Positions 49,938 to 55,354 of a stretch of 55,354 bases of DNA are shown piece by piece. Source of the stretch: Candidatus Alloscybalousia sp. (GTDB lineage: Bacteria; Bacillota_I; Bacilli_A; RF39; UBA660); the NCBI GenBank assembly GCA_045595895.1, contig JAZOBJ010000029.1:1-55354 (forward strand), in the 5' to 3' direction. Each line of letters starts with the position of its first letter. Position 1 is the stretch's first letter. Position numbers and translations under genes: made by a program. The notes under the pieces are model-generated. The model did no database searches, was not told where the DNA came from, and saw only the letters and a program-made list of their open reading frames with translations.

Positions 49938-50515
49938 TTCCTACTCACTCTCCATAAAAAGCGATCCATTAAAAGTGCTAAAATAGTATTTACAATTGTT
50001 GCAATTATTGTAATAAAAATTAAATCAGTTGGATTACTAGCACCATACATACTTCTAACCGCAATAATATCAGTTGCAACTAAGGTTACCCCACTCGTAT
50101 TTAATACTAAAAAAGTAATCATACTTCTAGTAGCAACTCTTTTATCTTTATTTTTATCCTGCATACACTTCATAGCTTTTAAACCAAAAGGTGTAGATGC
50201 ATTATGAATACCTAACATATTAATAGTTAAATTAGAGGCAATATAACCGAGTGTTTCATCATTTTCTTCAATTTCTGGAAATATAATACGAAAAAGTGGT
50301 CTCATCTTTTTAGATAACCACTCCAAAATACCTGCTTTCTTAGCAATATTCATAATCCCACTCCATAAAATCATCATTGGAAACATTGCTAAAAATAAAT
50401 CTAAACTAGTATTACCACAGTCTATAATTTCTTGATTAATAACGTCTACTCTACCAGTAAAAAAACTATATATAATCCCAATTATAATAAAACTAGCCCA
50501 TATTTTATTAATCAA
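49934..50515 (-). CDS. spmA: Spore maturation protein A
   Basis: MINKIW, WSGIM, NASTPFGLKAM and FLVLNTS. Confidence 0.93.
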   Translation of the reverse strand: MINKIWASFIIIGIIYSFFTGRVDVINQEIIDCGNTSLDLFLAMFPMMILWSGIMNIAKKAGILEWLSKKMRPLFRIIFPEIEENDETLGYIASNLTINMLGIHNASTPFGLKAMKCMQDKNKDKRVATRSMITFLVLNTSGVTLVATDIIAVRSMYGASNPTDLIFITIIATIVNTILALLMDRFLWRVSRK

Positions 50516-51581
50516 ATAACCACGACCAAACTCTAGAGAAGAAATTCTTTTTTTCTTCTTTTACTTTAACATAAACCTTTTCACTATATATTTCTTCTCC
50601 ATTTAACCTTACAATTACAATACCTACTTCATCATCGTTCTTTACTCTATCAAGTTTAGTTAATTTAACTAATACTTTAACATTTTCTTTTTCATCTTCA
50701 GTAAGCGGATAAGTAAAATCTTCTTTAATATAAATTTTATTAGGATAATATGAACTATCTATCTTAAATTTTCTCCTATCTAAAATTTTATAATTTTTAT
50801 AATTTTGAAATCCATATTCATACATTGTTTCATGAGAAGTATACTCATTTCCATCATTTAAAGTTACTGCAGTTAAATTAAGTCCATCACGACTAGCATT
50901 AGTAACTAAAGTTCTACCAGCACTTGGAGTATAACCTGTTTTACCACCAGTAGCATATTCATATAGTTTAAGTAGTTTATTTCGGTTATGCCAAAGATAA
51001 CTTTTTTTATCAGTTTGAACTGTATACTTTTGAGTACCTACTATTTCCATATAAGTTTTATTCTTAGAAGCATAACTAGAAAGAAGCGCCATATCATAAG
51101 CAGTAGATTTATTTTGAGTAACCTCATCAAGTCCATGAGAATTATTAAATATAGTATTAGTCATTCCTATTTCTTGAGCCTTTTTATTCATAAGTTCCAC
51201 AAACTTTTCCTCAGTTCCACCAATAAAAGTAGCTATTACTATTGCGGCATCATTCCCACTTCTAAGCATCAAACCATATACCATATCTAAAAGTTTCATC
51301 TTTTCCCCAAGTTCAATATAAATATTAGATCCATACATCGTTAATACTTCTTCACCAACCGTAACTTCTTCTTCTAATCTTCCAGATTCAATAGCGAGTA
51401 TTGCTGTCATTATTTTAGTAATTGATGCAATAAGCCTAGGATTATCTTTATCTTTTTGATATAAAACTCTACCTGAATCACTATCCATAAGTACACAACT
51501 ACGACAACTTAAAGAAAGTCCCATTACGCTAACTGGACTAAGTAATAATACTAATAAAAACACTACTATAATCTTTTTCAT
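50508..51581 (-). CDS. dacB: D-alanyl-D-alanine carboxypeptidase (spore cortex)
   Basis: ASITK, SGNDAA and KTG motifs; upstream of spmAB. Confidence 0.9.
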   Translation of the reverse strand: MKKIIVVFLLVLLLSPVSVMGLSLSCRSCVLMDSDSGRVLYQKDKDNPRLIASITKIMTAILAIESGRLEEEVTVGEEVLTMYGSNIYIELGEKMKLLDMVYGLMLRSGNDAAIVIATFIGGTEEKFVELMNKKAQEIGMTNTIFNNSHGLDEVTQNKSTAYDMALLSSYASKNKTYMEIVGTQKYTVQTDKKSYLWHNRNKLLKLYEYATGGKTGYTPSAGRTLVTNASRDGLNLTAVTLNDGNEYTSHETMYEYGFQNYKNYKILDRRKFKIDSSYYPNKIYIKEDFTYPLTEDEKENVKVLVKLTKLDRVKNDDEVGIVIVRLNGEEIYSEKVYVKVKEEKKNFFSRVWSWLFD

Positions 51582-51596
51582 AACTTCACCTAAAAC

Positions 51597-51626
51597 AGTA
51601 TATGAAAAAAAGGACTTAATTAGTCC
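51597..51626 (-). promoter_or_regulatory. SigE-type promoter of dacB-spmAB overlapping the upstream terminator
   Basis: CTA-16 nt-CATATACT; AGGACT/AGTCCT hairpin with T7. Confidence 0.55.
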
Positions 51627-51628
51627 TC

Positions 51629-52183
51629 TTAATAATAAAGTCCATGTATTTTTTGTCTATCAACATCACTAATATCATCTAACTTCCACTCATCTTCTAC
51701 TTTAGTAAGAGTAAAATTAATAGTATAAGTAACTTTATCTTTAGTATCTTTCATTTTACCTATTTTATAATCCAAAAACTTTTTAGTATCAATTTCATTA
51801 GTAGTATTATCTAAAAACTCTTCCCTATTAGTAGTTAAATATGTTTCAGCTTCACGTATAGCTTTACCATAATCATATACTTCAAGCTCTACTACTACTG
51901 TAGCATTATCCCCATCTTCAGTATCATCTTTAATCTTATAACTTAAATTTTGGTACTGTTTTTTCATTAAATCACGATAAGTCGTTTTTTGATCATCAAC
52001 TAAGTTACCAGCTTCTCCTATAACGTCATCTAATTGTGTTAAAACAGCTTTATCCATAGTTTGGTACTTACTTAAAAAGTCTTCAACTTTCTTAGTTGGA
52101 GTATTCATCATACCACTACACCCAACTACTAAACATATAATAATAGCTAAACTTAAAATTCTATATACCCTTTTCATTTTCAT
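51629..52183 (-). CDS. Hypothetical lipoprotein
   Basis: Lipobox VVGC; TPTKKVEDFL...WKLD. Confidence 0.75.
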   Translation of the reverse strand: MKMKRVYRILSLAIIICLVVGCSGMMNTPTKKVEDFLSKYQTMDKAVLTQLDDVIGEAGNLVDDQKTTYRDLMKKQYQNLSYKIKDDTEDGDNATVVVELEVYDYGKAIREAETYLTTNREEFLDNTTNEIDTKKFLDYKIGKMKDTKDKVTYTINFTLTKVEDEWKLDDISDVDRQKIHGLYY

Positions 52184-52289
52184 CCTCCTCTAGTTATATG
52201 TTTATCAAAAACTAAAAATTTATACATATTTAGTATAACTAGTACTATTTTTTTTGATTTTATGCTAAAATTAAACAAGGAGTGATAAT

Positions 52290-53291
52290 ATGAAAAAAAC
52301 AATCTTAACAGGAATACGTCCAACCGGAAACCTACATTTAGGACATTATTTTGGGGCAACTCGTAACTGGGTAAAACTCCAAGATGATTATGACTGTTTT
52401 TTTGAGATAGCTGACGTTCAAGCCTTAACTGATAATTTTGATAATCCTGAAAAAGTTAGAAAGAATTTATACGAAATAACTAAGGATTTATTATCTATTG
52501 GAATTGATCCAGAAAAATCACATATTTTTATTCAATCAAAGATTCCCGAAATAGCAGAGTTGACTGTTTTCTATTCAAACTTAGTAACTATGGCTAGACT
52601 TTATCGTAATCCAACTGTAAAAACTGAAATAGCTCAAAAGAAAGCTTTATTTGGTAATGATGGTGAAAGTGTTACTTATGGTTTCGTTGGTTACCCAGTT
52701 AGTCAAGCAGCTGATATTACTGCACTTAATGGGCAAGTTATTCCAGTTGGTGAAGATCAATTACCATTAATTGAACAATGCCGTGAAATAGTTAGAAAGT
52801 TTAATTCTATATATGGTGAAACTTTAACTGAGCCAGAACACTTACTTAGTAAAACACCAAGAATTAAAGGTTTAGACGGCAAAGAAAAAATGGGAAAAAG
52901 TCTAGGAAATGCCCTTTATTTAACTGATGATACTGAAACAGTAAATAAAAAAATTATGAATGCTGTAACAGACCCAGATAAAATAAAAAAAGATGATCCT
53001 GCTAATCCAGAAATATGTATGGTTTACTATTATCATAAATTAATTGAAAATCCTAATATTGAAACTGTATGCAATGAATGCAAAAATGGAACTCGTGGAT
53101 GTGTAGCATGTAAAAAAGAATTAATAGAAAGAATGGAAGAATTTCTAAAACCAATTAGAGAAAAAAGAAAATACTATGATGAACATCCAGAAGAAGTACA
53201 AAGAATCCTAGATGAAGGAACAAAAATAGCTAAAGAAAAAGCAGAAAACACAATGAAACAAGTAAAAGCAAGTATGAAGATTGATTACTAA
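52290..53291 (+). CDS. trpS: Tryptophanyl-tRNA synthetase
   Basis: TGIRPTG, HLGH, YPVSQAADI, VGEDQ and KMGKS. Confidence 0.96.
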   Translation: MKKTILTGIRPTGNLHLGHYFGATRNWVKLQDDYDCFFEIADVQALTDNFDNPEKVRKNLYEITKDLLSIGIDPEKSHIFIQSKIPEIAELTVFYSNLVTMARLYRNPTVKTEIAQKKALFGNDGESVTYGFVGYPVSQAADITALNGQVIPVGEDQLPLIEQCREIVRKFNSIYGETLTEPEHLLSKTPRIKGLDGKEKMGKSLGNALYLTDDTETVNKKIMNAVTDPDKIKKDDPANPEICMVYYYHKLIENPNIETVCNECKNGTRGCVACKKELIERMEEFLKPIREKRKYYDEHPEEVQRILDEGTKIAKEKAENTMKQVKASMKIDY

Positions 53292-53293
53292 TC

Positions 53294-53950
53294 TTATACC
53301 TGCTTTTTTTTATTTGTGGATTTTAATAATTGGTACATGTTCTTATGTTTATCATCAACACTAAGTTTTATACTATTAAGTAATTCATCTTTCATTTTAG
53401 AATATGTACCATCTTCTTTATCAAAATACTCTTGATATAAAAACTTTAACTTATTATAATTTTTCTTTTGATAACACTCTTCTATTTCCCTTACTAAATA
53501 TCTGCGTATTAATACTTCATTTCTTGTAAAGAAACGATTATCCAATATTTTATTAAAAACTTCTAATCCAAAATCATTAATTTCCAAATTACTAGCAAGA
53601 ATTGCAATTTCTTCTTCCTCATCAATTAATAATTTACTTTTATAAATTGGTCTACCTTCATTATTAAATTCTATCGCTATTACTCTATCACCATCTGAAA
53701 ACAAACAGCAGTAATCAACAATTTTAACCTTTTTAGCCGTATAGACTTCACATGTTCGGTAAAGTTTAATCAAAAAATTATAATCAACTTTTACATCATA
53801 ATTTAATAATTTATCAAAAATACCTCTACCAACATGAACTAATTTAATTCTTTTTATATTTTCTATAGTATCATTCTGATTCCATTCATAAAAATCATAA
53901 ACCATATCACAGTCACAAAAATTAAGTAAAATATCATATATATAAATCAT
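53294..53950 (-). CDS. DUF3603 (YjbA-like) protein
   Basis: MIYIYDILLNF, FYEW, FSDG, KSKL and TRNE. Confidence 0.75.
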   Translation of the reverse strand: MIYIYDILLNFCDCDMVYDFYEWNQNDTIENIKRIKLVHVGRGIFDKLLNYDVKVDYNFLIKLYRTCEVYTAKKVKIVDYCCLFSDGDRVIAIEFNNEGRPIYKSKLLIDEEEEIAILASNLEINDFGLEVFNKILDNRFFTRNEVLIRRYLVREIEECYQKKNYNKLKFLYQEYFDKEDGTYSKMKDELLNSIKLSVDDKHKNMYQLLKSTNKKKQV

Positions 53951-54155
53951 TTCTATCAGTTCCCTTCGTCATTATAATAATTGATACAATAATAAACCCA
54001 ATAAGTGCAAATAAGCATTCCAGTTTACTACTAATAAAACCTAAATACTGTAAAAAACTATATCCCATACTCATTAAATTCATATAAGTAATGATATAAG
54101 TAAAACCAATTACCATAAGTCCAAAACCAAGTAAAAAGATAAACATTCTACCCAT
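53934..54155 (-). CDS. Small membrane protein
   Basis: FLLGFGL..IG..Y...Y.NL pattern with two TM helices. Confidence 0.75.
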   Translation of the reverse strand: MGRMFIFLLGFGLMVIGFTYIITYMNLMSMGYSFLQYLGFISSKLECLFALIGFIIVSIIIMTKGTDRNDLYI

Positions 54156-54237
54156 ATTACCACCTATTTCATTCTATTACCAAGAACCTATTTATATTAT
54201 TTATTTTTTTAGACTTTTTATACAAAAAAACAAAAGA

Positions 54238-54263
54238 AAAAGTTGTCTTTTTATGACAACTTT
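54238..54263 (-). terminator. Terminator
   Basis: AAAGTTGTC/GACAACTTT. Confidence 0.7.
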
Positions 54264-54268
54264 ATTCT

Positions 54269-55354
54269 TTATTGAACTACCCAGTGATTATCACTTGTTC
54301 CAGATCCTGTTACTGTTATATCGGATTTTAAGTTAATAACTGGACGAAGATGCGAAGTAGTATATTCACTAACGCAATAAATATTACCATTTGAACTGAC
54401 ACGCCAAACCCTAGCAATAGAGCCATCAAAATCAGCCGGACTCATCATCCACCATGCATAATTATTATTTAGATAATAGCTATTATTACTTCTAAAATAA
54501 TTACCACCTGCATGAGCTACTTCATCATATGTTATTAAACCAATACTTCCTGATACATAACCTTTTCCATTACCATCTTTTCCATTTTTCTCACATGTGA
54601 AATTAGGTGTATAACTACCATATGGTATCATATTAGCACCAGTATTTACAATGGTATCACTATCATATGCAACTTTTGCCTCTTCACAGAAGTAATTACC
54701 ACTTACAACTTTTTCTGAATAATTAACGTTGCTAGCTATTTTATCAGAATACCAATCTTCTAACATTGATTTAGCTGTATCACTATTACTATAATACATA
54801 TTATCTTTGCTTGTATTATCATAACTAAACCTGTAATTAGTATTATCATTAATTCCATCTTGTATAATCAATCTAATCGTTCCATCCTCATTTATTCTAA
54901 CTATTCGCCATGTAAACCCCGCAAAATCGATATAGTTTTCTACATTACCTCTAAAGTAATATGTTGGTTCTCCTGTATTGGTAGCTGTTGATTTATATAA
55001 TCCATTTTCATTTACTTCTTCACTTGTTTTATCTAATGTTGCATTTTCATATATAGTTGTATACTTATTAAATATTACATCACTTAATTTTTTAGCTACA
55101 CTAATCTTTAAAATAAACTCATCATCTACTTTTTTATTTTCACTTATTACTGTTATCTTAAAATAATTATCTCCAGGTAATAACTCTAATGTCTTTTTAG
55201 CAGCAAGTCTTTTAATATTATTTGAATAAGCTAAACTATCAAGTCTTTCGACTTTAACTGTTGCATCAGGACTTTCAGTTTTAATATCTATTGTTGTTTC
55301 TGTTGTTCCTTCTGGTAATGACATTTGATAGTCATATTCCTCATTTTCTACTTT
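54269..55354 (-). CDS. Large surface protein, 3' part (cadherin-like beta-sandwich plus DUF6273/lectin-like domain); 5' end outside the window
   Basis: Frame open to the window edge; YYFRG.V.NY, WRIVRINEDGTIRL, IGLITYDE, WWMMSP and LRPVINL. Confidence 0.8.
   Translation of the reverse strand, partial: KVENEEYDYQMSLPEGTTETTIDIKTESPDATVKVERLDSLAYSNNIKRLAAKKTLELLPGDNYFKITVISENKKVDDEFILKISVAKKLSDVIFNKYTTIYENATLDKTSEEVNENGLYKSTATNTGEPTYYFRGNVENYIDFAGFTWRIVRINEDGTIRLIIQDGINDNTNYRFSYDNTSKDNMYYSNSDTAKSMLEDWYSDKIASNVNYSEKVVSGNYFCEEAKVAYDSDTIVNTGANMIPYGSYTPNFTCEKNGKDGNGKGYVSGSIGLITYDEVAHAGGNYFRSNNSYYLNNNYAWWMMSPADFDGSIARVWRVSSNGNIYCVSEYTTSHLRPVINLKSDITVTGSGTSDNHWVVQ

Noticed and set aside
54269-54480. 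DGR variable repeat in the lectin-like C-terminus
   Set aside because: No template repeat or reverse transcriptase in the window; a remote DGR cannot be excluded

Overview
Very AT-rich chromosomal window from a spore-forming Firmicute, probably an RF39-like gut member of the Bacilli (inference; standard genetic code, with TGA used as stop). Most genes lie on the minus strand. Housekeeping genes include murC, murE, truB, rluB, nfo, mtnN, cdd, tex, asnS, proS, trpS and nrdD/nrdG. Sporulation genes include sigK, sigG, ylmC, dacB-spmA-spmB, and ydcC-like and yhfW-like genes. The window also holds 8 tRNA genes, 2 T-box riboswitches, a Fur box, four tandem type IV pilin genes, and SipW/TasA-type and lectin-like surface proteins. 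No CRISPR array, integrase, transposase or reverse transcriptase is visible. Most notable observations: (1) three tRNAs carry C instead of the near-universal U55, and an inverted two-block antisense copy of tRNA-Gly(UCC) lies just downstream and ends right next to that C55; (2) the class III ribonucleotide reductase is split, with its glycyl-radical loop on a separate 56-aa gene missed by the ORF track; (3) a 478-aa helical protein with a C-terminal RelE-like domain, plus a small partner, is inserted between spmB and rluB; (4) an orphan HinP1I/MspI-like nuclease; (5) a decayed islet at tRNA-Gly(GCC) carrying a T-box-controlled proS.
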